From the human T2T-CHM13v2.0 reference genome, Homo sapiens, in assembly GCF_009914755.1 (NCBI RefSeq), contig NC_060930.1: a stretch of DNA of 64,000 nucleotides, one strand, 5' to 3'. Under the pieces are notes generated by a model, which was given only the letters and a program-made list of their open reading frames with translations, was not told where the DNA came from and ran no database searches. Both the position numbers and the translations under genes were made by a program. Positions within the stretch are counted from its first letter, which is position 1, and every line of letters begins with the position of its first letter. Positions 26,621 to 44,451 of the stretch are shown piece after piece.

Positions 26621-29600
26621 AAAAATAAAATTATCAGAAGGAATAAAATAGCTTACAAATTGCCATCAGATGCATGAATGAACATCTTTTTAGGGACAGA
26701 TTACTCAAGAAACATGAATTCTAGCTCTTGTTTTTAATGGAATCCTATTTAACCATATTCCAGCAGAAGATCAGGATTAGTCATTATAGCTTTTAAAATA
26801 AAAGAATACACAAGAGTGAAGTTCAGAACTATTAAAAAAGGTATAAGTGCAAAACTAATATGAGACAGCTCTCTCTTCCTATAGAGAACTTGTAATCTAC
26901 TGATAATTACAAAATTTTAGAGCAAATGCATGCATTTATAGACTTTTAAAATAATTACTCTGTTCATGCATTTTGGAACACTTTACATAAACTAAAATTT
27001 CAAAAGTGGCTTCTTCTACAGATAACAGTCTGTAGACTCCTGAACATAATTTCAAAAATAGAGTGCAAAAGGTGTGTGTTTACCCAGCCCTACGAATGAG
27101 CTTTTGAGGGGCTGGCTCTCAATGGAGGATGGTATTCCCAAGATCTCTGCTCGTTCTCTGCAAACAGTTTCTTTTTTCTTTTCTTTCCCTTTAAAAAAAA
27201 AAATTAAACAAGGCTGGTTCAACTGGACAGAAAAGCATTGACTTTTGCATCAGACCAATTCCAAAAAAAAAAATTAGTAGCTTTATTGTGAAAAGCCCGA
27301 AAGTTTCAAGTTTTTTTTTTTTTAACTCACGAAAGTAACTGAAACTGTGTACTGTCTTCTATCTGATTTTTTCCACTCTTTAATTTTCAGTACTCTTGAT
27401 AATACATACTAGGTACATCTCATCATATCAGAAATAGTAAGCAGAGCTCACGGAATTTGTGATTTAATGCAATGCTGTAGTCTTGATATACACACAGTGT
27501 GAACTTTATACTTCATTTTCCTGTTTATCCCTGTCTGCCTTTCCATACATTTCTCTTTGGAATTGACTTCAATCTCTAAAATGCCAAAAGACCACCCCAA
27601 GAAATGAGTTTTGTATCTTTGAACTTGTCTTAAATTTCCTGAAATTATAAAATTATTAGAGGCCCCTTCTTCTAAGCACTTCTTCTTACCTAAAAAATCC
27701 ACAGGACATATATTTTAGAGCTTATAAACCAAGTCGCTGTCCTGAGCATTTTGTTACTTCATCTGCTGTAACACAAATGCTGAGGGGTACTCCAGTGAGT
27801 AGGTCACAATTCTCATCATGAGTGACAGGAGAAAACTTGTCAGCCTTGTATGCAGTTGGAAGGCATGGCTGACAAAGACAAAGCAGGGTTTAGTTGTGGA
27901 AAGCCTTGGGTCCAAGGGGCCAAGCTTACTACAGAAAAATAGAATCACTAGAGAGAAAAGAAGGACAAATTTCAAGAGAGACCGAGTCGCAGTTGCATGA
28001 ATGTGGTAGTAGAAATTGAAAGGTACAGGAGCCAGAAAATTGTAAAATAAAATCACAGCTAGAGCTATGATGGGAATGAACGTAAATCTTCCGTAAAGGT
28101 ATCGAAAAGGAAAATTAAATAACTAAGGGTAATAAGACACATATCATGCAATAATTAGAATTTTAATGCTTCTTAACCTCTGGAATTAAAGCCAAAGCTA
28201 AAGAAAGATTGTCTTTCTTGCTTCCTTCTCCAAATCTTTTTGGATGACACCCAAACATTTCACACAAATCTATAAACGTAAGTGACAAGCACTTCAGAAA
28301 ACCTGCAGGACATTACATTTAGAGGATCTGTGACAGTCGTTCATTCAAAGAAGTCGATAGTTTGCTGAAGAAAATAATTTAAAAAGAAAAGAAGAAGGGA
28401 CAGGCAGACAGGCAGGCCTAGAGCACCCAGGAAAAGGAAGTCAGGTAAGGTCACTACAAAGAAACATTCAAATATAAGAAGTGTAATAAAAAAATACATA
28501 CAGAAGTGAGAAGGAAACAGTCACTGTTTAAAACATTTGTAACAGAGATTTCAAGTTTGCGCACTCAAATATGTGATGAAACGTAGCCTGAGTCTCTTCT
28601 TCAACCAAGAAAATTATCCTCTTGAGCCCACCCTGATGGGGAATAGGGAAATTTAAACTTGTTAATTAGCACCATGGTGGTCAGTCTCTTCTCGATTACT
28701 TCTTTTGAATAAATACCTTGCCACTCTTTGCTCCTCTCCAAGTTGGCATCTGGGTGAATATGTGCCTTGGGTTCCCACATACCTATCCAATGTTTCTCCT
28801 GCACACGCCTGAGAGGTGCCAACCTCAGAGGGAGAAGCAAATGTATGTTCATGTGCCACTGGGCTCTGCCTGTGACGCTTCCCTGCAATTCCCCAGGGTA
28901 TCAGGAGTAGACTTTGCAACTGTCTCTTTGACATGACCTTACCCTGTGCCATATCCTCTTTCCTCCCAGCAGAAGGAAGCCTCAATGTGCCCATATCTAT
29001 AGACCCACCTCTTAATATATTAAAGGGATCTAATAAAAGAATAAAGAAAATCCTTTCATCTTTCCACAAAGACAAGCTGTTAAGATTATTGTCCTTCTGC
29101 AAACTCACACACAAAACAAAACCCGAAAACCTGTTACTCTGAAGGCCAAACAATGAATATCAGCTCCCTTCTTTTCTTCTCATTCTTGCTATAATATTCC
29201 AAATGATCTTCCACGTATGCCTCTAGAGGGGTGGAAGCAGAGGATATGCACAAGAGAGTGCAAAACAAAAGAAAATGGCCCACGGACATACATCAAAAAA
29301 CATTATCTCTATCACACACTGGTTAAGTTACTATGTGCTAGGCCCTATCCTTGAGCATTGCGTATTCAACATGATTTGTCTGAGTTACATTCCCATGTAA
29401 CTAGAAGCATCAGCTAGACCTGATTCTTCTACCCTCTCTACTACCACTCTTTCTCTGTCTCTCTCTTAAACACATACATTTCCACAACCATCTCAAAATG
29501 TTGACACTGAAAAGTTTGACCAAATGACTGTAATACATGAAAAAAGATGTGTACAAATCTCACCTTTCTGGTTGGTTTTCACATTGAGAGCTGAGCTTTT

Positions 29601-30270
29601 GTATCTGCCACTAATTGGAATTGTGGTCCTAATCATACAATGTATTGTATTCTGGTCAGGTCTGATACATTTTCACTGCTTAAATGTGCTAATTGGAAAT
29701 TCTGAGAGCTCTTCTCCTCCTTTCTTTGGCCCTCATCCCCTAGAAAGAAAGTGGGGAGGGAATGTAAATAGACAAAATTGGACTAAAACAAATTTTGTTT
29801 TGAAAAATTTTTGAAAATGTCTCAAATCCTCCAAAAATTGTTAGAAACATACTAGGAGGTCACAAAATGGAAAATGATGTTTCAATGTTACATACAAATA
29901 CTGAACTTCTTATGCTAAACAGTAAGCATCAACCAAATAGGTGTTATTTCCAACTTAGAAATAGAAGAAATTGAGACTTCTATTTACTGGTTATTTATTT
30001 AAGATATTCAGAAAGGGAAATGAAAAATTCAAATTTCTAGTTTTCTTTACTCAGTGCATAGCATTGTGCTTTCTGTCTGGGACAGAATAAAGGATATTAT
30101 GACCTATTAGAAGAGACAGATACAGAAACAACTCACTGATATCAAGGCAGAATGGCATATGCTTTACAATAAAGTGGAAATAATACTCTATGGGAACGTA
30201 GAGGAAGAATCAAAAGTGTTTATTCAACTAAGTTTGTTTGGTGCCTATCATGTGCCACATAGTTTCTTCA

Positions 30271-30743
<473 letters not shown>

Positions 30744-31351
30744 AACACAGGACCAAATGCAACAAATTCCAGGGAAGGCCAAGTTATGGGGTATAAAATG
30801 AATCAGGGGAGGGCTAGGATAAGACTAGAAAGATAGGCTGGGGGTCAGGTTGCCATTGGCCTCATCTGTCTTTCTGAGGAGTTTATCCTATAGGGATAAG
30901 AAAACTTCAGACAATTTTAGTGGGAAGTGATATGATAAATTTTACATTTTAGAAAGATCATTCTAGCAACAGTGGCTGGTGAAGAGGTGGAGTTAGGGTG
31001 AGCATACTAACGAATATGTATAACCATAGTGGCATTCATTGACCATATTTGTAAGATGTTGAAAATTTTGAGATGCTGAATATTTTCTCTTCAACTTACA
31101 AACCAAATTTCCCAAGTGCTATAGTATTTTACACAGAGCCACAAGAAATAATATAGAAATAATCAAGCCAAAGCCCTTGACACATGGTATCATCCTATCA
31201 TGAAGGATTTATATAGCCTTCCATCTAGACATGCTGTTCCAGTCATGTTCATCTCTTCCCCAAATGCAGAACACAGGTTGTCGCCATAGTCTCAGAACAG
31301 TCTATCCTTCTTACATCGCCAACTCACATTTCTTCCAGTACTTAGATTGCC

Positions 31352-31655
<304 letters not shown>

Positions 31656-33149
31656 CTCCATGTTTTTCTAAGCAAACAGTTCTTCCCACACTAGATGCCA
31701 CTGGATGGATGAGAAAACATATAAGAAAAATATGGTTTTTTATGTATCTTATAATGTAGTGTGTTAAAGTTACATCCTCAAAAACAAACCAAGTGTGATC
31801 AGTACTCCATGAGGATTGGGCATTAACTGACTCTTTGTTGGTTGACCCAGGAAGGTTCTGTGATGGACTGATCATTACAGCTATGACTTTAGGATGGTTA
31901 AGATCTCAACAAGATGTGAGAAATTTGGTGAGGGAATAAACGTGAACATAGGTACAAGGCAAAGAAGCACAGGAAATGATTGAGAATGGAGATTAGTCAA
32001 ATTGGCTTGGCACAGCATTAGGAGTGAAGAAGAGTGGGAAACAGAAAAAGACATTAGTGGGACGAGACTGCATATGGACAAGAAATCTTAACTCTTGTAG
32101 AACCATTGAAAATCTTTAAATGGAACAGTAAAGGGTACTTTCACTTGAATTTTTTAATGAAAATGGGTCTTTGAGAGGATCTAGTTAAATCACTGCATTT
32201 TTTTTTATGGTGAGAAAGCTGAGACTCCACAGAAGTTACACAACATATGTGGGGCACAGAGCTAGTTATTGACTGCACAAGGGCCAACTCGAGGTCCCTT
32301 GACATCCAGCCATGCCATTGACTCAGCCACGCTGCTGGTCATGGTCTAACCCTGAAGCCGCTCAACTCCAGCCGAGGCTTCTCTAACATGATAATCTCTC
32401 TAAATCCAATTTTCTGTCCTTTTCACTCCCAAATACTTAACGTCTCCGTGATGCGTGATGGCACTATATAAGTGTGTAGTGTCCATCTTTCCATGAGCAA
32501 GAGTTAGATGTTTACATGTAAACCTACATGTGATATGTATACACACATTTTTCTTGTTTCCAAACTTAGATTAGAAATTGTCTAGGAGAGTCCCAAGCCC
32601 TCTCTGTGAATTTTCCCATCTACATTGCCTGCAATGTACTAAAGAGATAGACGTTCACCAGAAAATTAAAAAAAAAAAATGCCAAAGGTGAGAATTTCAC
32701 CAGGATTGTGAATTAACAAAGTTATATGTAAGAGAGATAGATAGAGGTGGTAGCTGGTAGTTGCTTAACCATTATAAATAAAATGTTACTGTGGTCCTTT
32801 TCAGGAGTTCTGCTGCCTTCTGCATTGTTGCCTGGAGGTAGAATTTCAAGCAGGGCCAGTGTAAGTGGCTATTGTGGCTTGGGTCTGTGGTACATGTGCC
32901 CATAAGCTACTGAGGATCAGCCTTTCAGTTCCTCAGGCTCTCTTTGCAAAAGTAGTGGTGACCATGATTCAGGGCCTGTACTCAGAAAGCAAGTTGAAGA
33001 TTTAGCTACATTTAGGCAAGATTTTATAAACTGGACAGGCCTAACTCCCACCATTTGTTTTTCTTTCCTGCTTCTATAAGGTGTTTGTAGCCCCGAAGGA
33101 ACAGTGTAATCTTTGATGACCATTTTTCCTCCTTTATCCTCTGAAACTT

Positions 33150-33181
33150 TCTCCTCCTCCTCCTCCTCTTCCTCCTCCTCT
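33150..33181. repeat. (TCC)n microsatellite
   Basis: ctcctcctcctcctcctcttcctcctcctct. Confidence 0.9.
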
Positions 33182-33379
33182 CAGACGCTTCCCAGGCTGC
33201 CTGCTAATGCCGTTCAGAGCCTGTCTGTTTATGACTACCCAAATAAGTCAATAGTTAGAAATACAATTGAAGTGGCTTCTTCTTTTAAATCAGCAATAGA
33301 CCTTGTTCCATTAAAAATAAGATCCTACTCTGAACCATTGCAGAAATTTTTTTTGTTTCTTATAAAGAAATGACAGTGA

Positions 33380-33720
33380 GTGAGGGGAGTGGGGGCGGGC
33401 AGAGATTTCTGATGTTATTCTTAATTATTTTTACTCCATGCTCTCTGTACCTTTAGATCTAGCTGAGGCAGAAACAGTGAAATGCCATAAAATAACCCTC
33501 TCTCGAAGTATATTTGGCCTCACAGGAAACAGGAAATACCAGAAAAGATCACAAGAAAAGCTGTAATCATAAGATTTCTAGCCTAATTCTTTTGACGTCA
33601 GCAGTTTAGATAAGTCAGATAAGCAATCGCGAGCATCCGCGAGTTCTTGAGTGCCAGTCCAAATACCCACAGTGCATCTTCAACCCTTTTGAACTCTCGC
33701 ATTGTTTAGCCCCTGCGAGG
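33380..33720. promoter_or_regulatory. Candidate enhancer: GC box, ETS-like sites, full CRE, two GATA sites, CGCG motifs
   Basis: GGGGCGGGC at ~33392; CAGGAAA x2 at ~33522-33536; TGACGTCA 33593-33600; AGATAAG 33608 and 33617; TCGCGA 33627; CCGCGA 33637. Confidence 0.5.
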
Positions 33721-35246
33721 AGGCTCTCCTCTCTTCCCTGCAAGAAGCATATCCTGAAATTGTGAATTATGGATTTTATGTCAACATTAAGGTGTTCAAA
33801 GACATTACACAGAGCTTCTAAATTGGTCCCGTAACCAATTCAGCTTGCTGGATGCATTGTAAACCCTGGATGGGGCCGAGTGTTAATAAAACAAAGGAAA
33901 ACCAAGCCTGGTTCATCTCAAAGGGAGTTTGCTTCCTGAAGTTTAACTTTTCCAGTCTGGGCAACTCATCTACGGCCATGTAATGTCTTTGATAATATGC
34001 TAAAAGATTTCTTACCATATCCAAAGTATTTAGTAACTCCTTCATTCTTCATTATTTCCACCTTTCGTTCGCTACCACCACCTCCATTGCCCACCACAAC
34101 AATATACTTACGGGCTGGTTAGATATAAATGATAATGAGGAATACACTCCCCTTCGAGACATTTTCCTAACTTCAGAACCAGGACCATGGAACTTGACCA
34201 TTATATAATAAGCAGAGGCACATGTATGGGCTGTTCAGAGGGATGAAGTAGGAGTTTAAATAAAGATTTAAATAGATATTACATTACATGTACATTTAAA
34301 GTAAAAAAAAAAAAGGCTGAGGATAAAAACTTCTTTGCACAATATCTACCTATTTCCAAAAAGACTTGTAAGCTTATATGAAGCTTACAATAAAATGTAA
34401 GTACACAAGCACATAAAACCATTCTGTCAGGATGAGAGATAAAGCCATATATAAAAAGTAGGAGGAAAGAGAAGAGTTACGCAAAGCAGTTGAGCAAAAC
34501 TGGGATCAGAACTTCCTAGCAGACAGGGCAAAGGGGAAGCAAAAATGATTACTACATTCATTATCTCCAGGAAGATTTGCTGGGAAGAAAGATATTTTTC
34601 CTGGCTTCGGGTATGTGGAGCAGTTTTTGATGAGGACTGTCAGTCTGGTACTGGAGAATGTCCTCCTGAAGAGTTGAAGTAAATGGGAAGAGGTGAACCA
34701 GCTGGGGAGAGTTTTGCAGGCTCTTGTAGTGAAAGACAGTTCCATAAAGAACTGAGGAGTTCCAACTGGGGCCCATCCCATTGGCTCCCCATGGAAGAGT
34801 GCAGCCATGTGGGAAAAGTGCAAGTCTCCACCCAGAGCTCAGTTCTTGTGGGTGTATAAAGTTAGGGTACAGCCCCCCCCCACCCACAGCATGCCGAACA
34901 CATGCTGCTAATCCCATCATGGGCATACCTGCCATTATAGTCTTTAAAATGGAAAGAGAAAAATTAAGAAGCAATGCTTCCTTTTAGATAGCAGAAGTGT
35001 TTTTGTATTTGCCTTTGGTCTGTGCCAGGCATTTCACTTCAATTATATACACATTGGTAAGGTGCTCTAACTAACTCATAGGTGGATCCTGAGTCTTCTA
35101 CCTGGTTTCTAACCTGGCACTTCCCTCATATGACTACACTCTTCCATCCTCATTCCCCCCAGTTGCGGACATATTCTTGATCCCTTATGTCAGACCTGTC
35201 CCAAGGCACAAGCTGGGTCCTATCCCATTGGCTCCACTGAATGGTC

Positions 35247-37287
<2,041 letters not shown>

Positions 37288-38746
37288 CTGTGGAACTGTC
37301 TTTCATTGTGAGGGTCTGTAAAACTGTCCAGGTGGCTCATCTCTACATATGTGTATAGAATTAGAGCCAAATGTCTGGCACAGACCAAAGGCCAATCTAA
37401 AATCATTTCTGCTATCTAAAAGGGAGCACTGCTTCTTAATTTTTCTCTTTCCATTTTAAAGGTTATAATGGTAGATATGCCCATGATGGAATTAGCAGAA
37501 CATGTTTTATGTGTGGGGAGTGAGAAGGGCAGGGAGATGATGTACTCTAACTTCTGTGCTGTAAAACATGTGGATTTGCCTTTCCAGTAGTAAACCTTGA
37601 AAGTATTCTTTACTTCTACTTTTTAATAAAACTTTTTGCTCTCTACCTTGAGTACCAGCACTGAGTCTTTTACTTCATTGGTAGTCCCTCAGTGTAGGAA
37701 CACATGTAGATGGAGACACTCAAAAATTCAAGTTGTGTTAAAAGTTCAGAGTAAATATCTGAATACATTTTTCATTTTATTTGAACCCATTTCACACACT
37801 TTGCCCAACATTCTTCTCAGTGAAAATCCTTTTAGTATTTCCCAAAGATCCAGAAAGACTGGAAAGAATGTGCATGTTTAGATTAAAAGATAAATATTAC
37901 ACTGAAAGCAGCACAGTAAATATGAAAACAAGTGGATCCATTCCTATTCAGTACAAAAGTGAGGAGCAGCTGGGTGCTAAGTGTACCTAGATCTGCAGTC
38001 CAGACATTGTTTCTGAGACCACTTCCAAAGAAACTTACAGAGGAGGGCTGCCCATGTGGCATGGGCAAGGGGGCGGGGTCTAAAGGAACCAGATTAACAG
38101 CAGAAACGAAACAAGGTTCTTGCTCCTTTGTACAAAGAACAAGCTTCTTTCTTTGTATTAGTAAGACACTGGACAATGATCCTGCAAGATAAGGAAGGAG
38201 AAGAGGGGAAGACTAAAAGATTCCAGAAAGTATAATTTCCAAAGTAACACCGGCTTTTTAAAAGAACAATGGAGTTCAGAAAGGAAAAAGAAGACGGGAG
38301 CTAGATAATGCCAGAGGTGGCACAGAGAATGAGGGGAAACGTAGAAGGAGGAGGAGGAATCTGGATGGCACTAGAAAGACATGTTCTGTATTGTGTGTCT
38401 TAACTTCTTAGAGGTGAGCTGCTCCTATTCCTGACAGCTCACCAAGGTCAAGGTCGACAGTTGCTATACGTCTTCAGTCTTCCCCACACTAACCATGTTG
38501 AATAACTTTGTCCCTTCATTGGAAACCAAGCTTTAATTAAGGGCCAGCCAAGATATGTGCATACACAGGTGAACTGTTTATTTATAACGGTGATATGACT
38601 TCTAATTATATTAATGTGTTTTAAAGGCTTCGTGGGCCATCTTAAAAACTGTCAAGTTCTTTCTGCAGTTCTTGCTTTTTGGCAATTGCCCTACAAAGCT
38701 GAAAAGTTAGTTAGAGGCACACTTTTCAGTAAGCCTTCAATTCTGA

Positions 38747-39148
<402 letters not shown>

Positions 39149-39224
39149 TAATAGCCTTCTATTTCCCTAAGCCCCTCCCCTTTGGCCCTATCATTAGGCA
39201 TACTTCTCTTTAATTCATTATCAT

Positions 39225-39430
39225 GGTTAAAAGATGAGCTCTGGAGCCCAATGGCCCTGTATCTTTACTAAAGTCTTTGGACCTCGGTTTTCTCATTTGT
39301 AAGATGGAAATAACCAAAGAAACTGCATTGTGGTGCGATTGTGAAGGTTAAATCAGTTAATCCACACAAAGAACTAGCACACTGCTGGTACATAATAAGC
39401 TAAGTGATGTACATGCTAATGGTTATTATC
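39225..39430 (+). mobile_element. MIR
   Basis: tggttaa..gctctggagcc...cctcggttttctcatttgtaagatgg...ggtacataataagc. Confidence 0.75.
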
Positions 39431-39956
39431 CCACACTATTCTCATTTCTACTGATTACCCAGAAATATTAAGTTGCCTTTTTATCTTATCCTTGAAGATC
39501 AGGAAGCACTAACTCAATTCACATTCCCTCATCCATGGTTCATTACTCTGAGTGATAAATAGTGGAAAGAAAAGTCATAGAACAGACTTTTGGCTTAATT
39601 ATATTTGCAATTCCCATGGTAAATCTTGAAAGTATCCTTCTATTTTTTAATCAAACTCTCACCCATTATACATCAAAGTATACAATGAAAGCCTAATACC
39701 TCTAATCATACAATTACCAAAATGTTCTGAATGGTTTAGGGTGGAGATGCAGAGTTTAAAATTTGGTTGTGTCAAATTACATGCAAAAGTAATTTTGTAC
39801 ACACAATGTTGAATTTGCCAGTATTTGGTTGTCAACTAAATCCTTAGTTAAAAGGAGAAGTTTGTGTTCTGATTTTTGAGTTGTCAATTATTCATGGTAT
39901 GAATGGCCACTTAAGTCAAAAACCCATGTCATCACAAAGCTTTTACTTGAATCTAG

Positions 39957-40288
<332 letters not shown>

Positions 40289-41391
40289 TCTGCTCACAAT
40301 TTAATAATGCAAAAAGACAATCTATAACACATTGCCATTAGAATTCCAACCACTGCTTTTTAGGAATCAAGACTGATCACTCTTGACAAGTGGCAGATCT
40401 TTCCAAAGCACCAGATAGGGGGGAACTCAAAAATCAGGGGTTTTGTAAAGAGATCAACATACAGTAATAGTTTATCTCCTAATGAAATTGGCAGGGGTCA
40501 AGGTCTTCCAGTTATGTTCAAGAAAAACCATTAGATATCCTCATGAGATTTCAGAGTTTGGATAATCTTCAATTGGAAATAAAGGACACCCTGAAAACAT
40601 GTAACATCTGCTCACCCACAAATGTCCAAAGGAGGCTGAAAATATTCAGAATTCCCAGCATGCTCACTGGACAAAAACTATGTCCCCATCCCACCTCCAG
40701 TGTCTATTTCCTGGGAATTCAGTAGCAAAGCAGAAACAATAACCAAAGGGAATTAAGAAAAAAGAATACCTGGTTAATTACTTTTAAGGTAATAAGACTA
40801 GTAAGAATTATCTGAGTTTTGGATGTACTATTCATTAGCAGCCCTAGTTTATGATATTCCAATGTTTTAAGCAATGGTAGATTCAGGAGGCTTATAAACC
40901 TCATCTTTTATCAACACACATGTTAACTGGTATCCTTCTGTGCTGTCAAACATGTGGATTTGGGGAAAATGTAAGAGAGGGGATGAGGAAGAGAGATTTT
41001 AATGGGTGGTATTTTACAGAATTCAGGGGGAAAAATAGTATACCATGTCCATTTACTAGAACTAAATGACTACTAGAACCAAAGTCATTTACTTTAAATA
41101 ACTACTCAACCATTGAGGACACTGATTTGGGGGGAAAAAAGTGATTTATATAACGAATAGTTTAATAGAAAGTAAGCCTTTTAGGTTCTGCTATGGAAAT
41201 AGCAGAAATAGGATTAGAGAGTCAGCAACTTAAATACACATAATCCATGATTATGTCTTTTCAGATGCATGAATTATGAATGAGTCAGTCTGAACAGTTG
41301 TTTGGCATGAAGTGTGTTGACAGGTCAAGTTGACCTGTGCTTTGGGCCAGGGGTGGTCTAACTAACAGCAACTTTACAGTTTAGGAGTTAA

Positions 41392-41520
41392 CCCATTTAT
41401 GCCAGAGATTGCAATTTATTTTTGTAAAAAATCAGACCTTGGTGATGACCTTGAGCAATAGGATATAAATAACTCCCACAAGGTTAGTCTTCCAATAATG
41501 GAACACTAGGCATAAATGGG
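41392..41520. mobile_element. MER85 piggyBac (PGBD3)-derived MITE
   Basis: TIRs CCCATTTATGCC ... GGCATAAATGGG; TTAA on the left, TTGA on the right; internal gaccttgg.gatgaccttgagca and the TTCCAATAATGGAA palindrome. Confidence 0.92.
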
Positions 41521-42789
41521 TTGAGTGACTTGTTTCTGAGGCAGAGAAAAGATGGAAGAATGAATGCAGACTTCATCTCTGACCCCAATTGCTTAATAAT
41601 TCCTCAATGCAATTATACAAAATTAATCAAATCCCTGGATGGAGAATCAAAAGGCAATCTTCCTACTTGCTATGCCGATGTAAACTTTCCTTCTCTGTGC
41701 ACCACAGCCAGACAAACTGGATGCTGTGGAGATCTGAGCTGTGGTGGAACCCTGCCAGGAAGGCACAGTCGCTTGAAACAGAGCCCGCATTTGATTTAAG
41801 CTCAGAATGACAACTTTGGCAAGGAGGGGTGGTGGCTTTGCTGCAGTTGAGCGGGAAAAGCCTAGATGCTAGGCATAAATTTATAAGTTTTAATTATGCA
41901 AACTCCAAGAACGTAGTAGCTGCTTGAATACTATCCCAAAGTCTACTCGATTAATCTCCCCAAAATCATGCTGCTCAGTTTTCATGACTACTTCACATTC
42001 AAAATTTTAACTCTTACCTCCTCACAGTTGAAATAAATGGATTGCTTCCATAAGTAAAAGGCTAATCATCCTACACCTTAATTAAGAAAATAGTGAAGGT
42101 GGTGGTTGGAACATTGAACATCACTTTATAGGAAGTATTTGCCATAAATTAATCATTCCTGATCCACCTGAACTCTGCCAAGCTTGGAGAGGGATAGGAA
42201 GACATACCAATTACAGCCCTTCCCTTTGAGAATTTTCAACCCAGTTTGGAATTGAGGAACCAGGCATGAAGAACTAAGTAAAATTCAAACCCATGTATTC
42301 TAATGTGGAATGTTAATCTTGAAAAATTGGAAGACACATATATCAGAATGAAAATGGATAATTATTTTAAATCTAGTTTATAAAAATGAATAGCTAATAT
42401 ATCCCTCCTTCTTCTTTAGCTAATCATTATTTTGCAGAGCATTTTTCCTGAATAAGGATGATTTCTAAATCTAGGTCATAATCCCAGACCTTCACCCTGT
42501 TCCTGACCTTATGGGGAAAGGGAGTGATTCTTTTGGCTCCCATTTGATTTGTTATTTTTTCCTCTCCTTGTACTTTCTCTTCCAGTTGTCTCCTCTGCCC
42601 TTTCTTCTTTTCTGCCCACTTTAAGGAAACATTATATTAAAATTCAAATGTATAAACAGTAGTATGCATGAGAAGTATGTAAGTAAGAACCTAAAATCAT
42701 TTTATTAGCTGAGTAAAAATGCCATAAATCAGAGAAAAGGTGTAAATTACAAGAAAATCTAAATTGTGGTAATATAAACAATAGTTATT

Positions 42790-43095
42790 ATAATAACTTT
42801 CATGAGACAGCAATTTAGGATGTACAAAAATCATTTATTTAGATTAGCTCCTTAATTCTTATAACAACCCTGTGAGGTAGACACAGAATTAGTACTCCAC
42901 TTTACAAATGGGAAATTGAGGCTCAAGTCACATAAATGACTTGTCCCAGATCACATAGCTAGTAAAAACCTAAATAAGAAGGCTTTGTACAGTATCTGCC
43001 ACTGTCTGTGCTGAGTAAATTCAAGGTTATATCACTATGTGACCAAGCTGAGATTCTAATCCTCTCCTCCTGATTCTAAGCCTAGAGTTCTTTTC
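42790..43095 (-). mobile_element. MIR (interrupted)
   Basis: aacaaccctgtgaggtag...tttacaaatgggaaattgaggctca...tcacatagctagta. Confidence 0.8.
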
Positions 43096-44451
43096 ACTTC
43101 ATTTGCTTCATTTGATATATTCCACTTCTTTTTAAAAAAGAAGTCCTTGGAGTTGTATTGGCTGCTCTCTCAGTGAAGGCATCAGTAGGAGAATTGTCAT
43201 ACTATTTTCTGGAACATTGTGCCATGCATAGTGACTGTTGTGTAATAGATGCTCAATAATTATTTACTGAATGCATGAAGGTAAATGAATAAGGCAAATA
43301 CTATGAAGTTGGCTGGCACCCTCTTTTATGTTACTTTAAAATAAATTGTTATTATCTAGTAGCACAGCAAACAGTTTTATTTTCAAATGAATCAATATTA
43401 GTGTCAATGGCATTGTTTGCAGGCGTCAGAGATCATAAAAAGTTCTGCATGTGTGTGTGTTTCTGTGTGTATGTGTTTGAATTCTTTCTCCTCTCATCTG
43501 GCTGATATATTGTCTTCACTTGTCCAATTCTTAACAAAATATTCACACCGTTACATTTAGTTGACTAGATACATAGTTTGGAATTCTTATTGATGAATTA
43601 AACACTTTCTTTAAAATTAAATATAGATTTGAATACTCACAAAGAAAAGAATCAAAGAAATTTGGCACAGTTCAAGGAGATTTGTTGTGGGTGAAGAGGT
43701 CAAAGGACAAGTCTGGATCAGGAATTCTTGGGCAATTAACTTTTAATGATTCCTCTTCCTCTCTCCCACCCCCATATAAGAAATAAGGGCAGTATTGCCT
43801 GCCAAACATGAAATTCAGATGTAAAAATTGGGACAACAATACCTCTCACTGCCTTCAGCTACTTAGTACCCTGCAGAGGTCATATGTGTCCAAACTCAAC
43901 CACTCATAGAGTAGAAGCCATCAAACCCATTCGTCAAGTACTAAATAAGCATTGAATCAATGCTGGGCATAGTACCATGTTGGGTAGGGCAGTGACAGTT
44001 CGAAGTGAGGGGATAGAGGGATTACAAAGACTAAGATAGTGCAAGTGGAGATTGAGAATGCAACTCTATACCCAGTGCTGAATCTTGATCTGGCTCTTGC
44101 TACATATGTGATTTTTGGCAAACTAACCTCTCAGACCTCAGTCCTCTCATTTTTAAGTTAGTACAATTCCTGGTACATTGCCAGAACTCAAACATGGGAT
44201 ATTAGCATTACTGTGCCAGTCCTTATGGAGCGTGCGATCTAGGGATAAGACAGAAATTGAAACAGTAAAATAGCATGTGATGCTTACTGTGATAGAGCCG
44301 AGCAAAGCTCTGTGGGATCGCCAATGCATGGAGGCCTAACCACCTCTAAGGGTATACTGGAGTGGTTGTGAACTAAACCATGTTCTAAAGCTTTGCAGGC
44401 AATCCTCACGCCATCCTCATAAGGTAAATACAGTACTATTATCCTTTTTTA

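Noticed and set aside
28601-29153. Cluster of overlapping ORFs up to 163 aa
   Set aside because: No recognisable homology or splice pattern; within chance expectation when alternative starts are allowed
41869-41880. CTAGGCATAAAT matching part of the MER85 TIR
   Set aside because: Lacks the terminal GGG/TTAA and any internal MER85 sequence; probably chance
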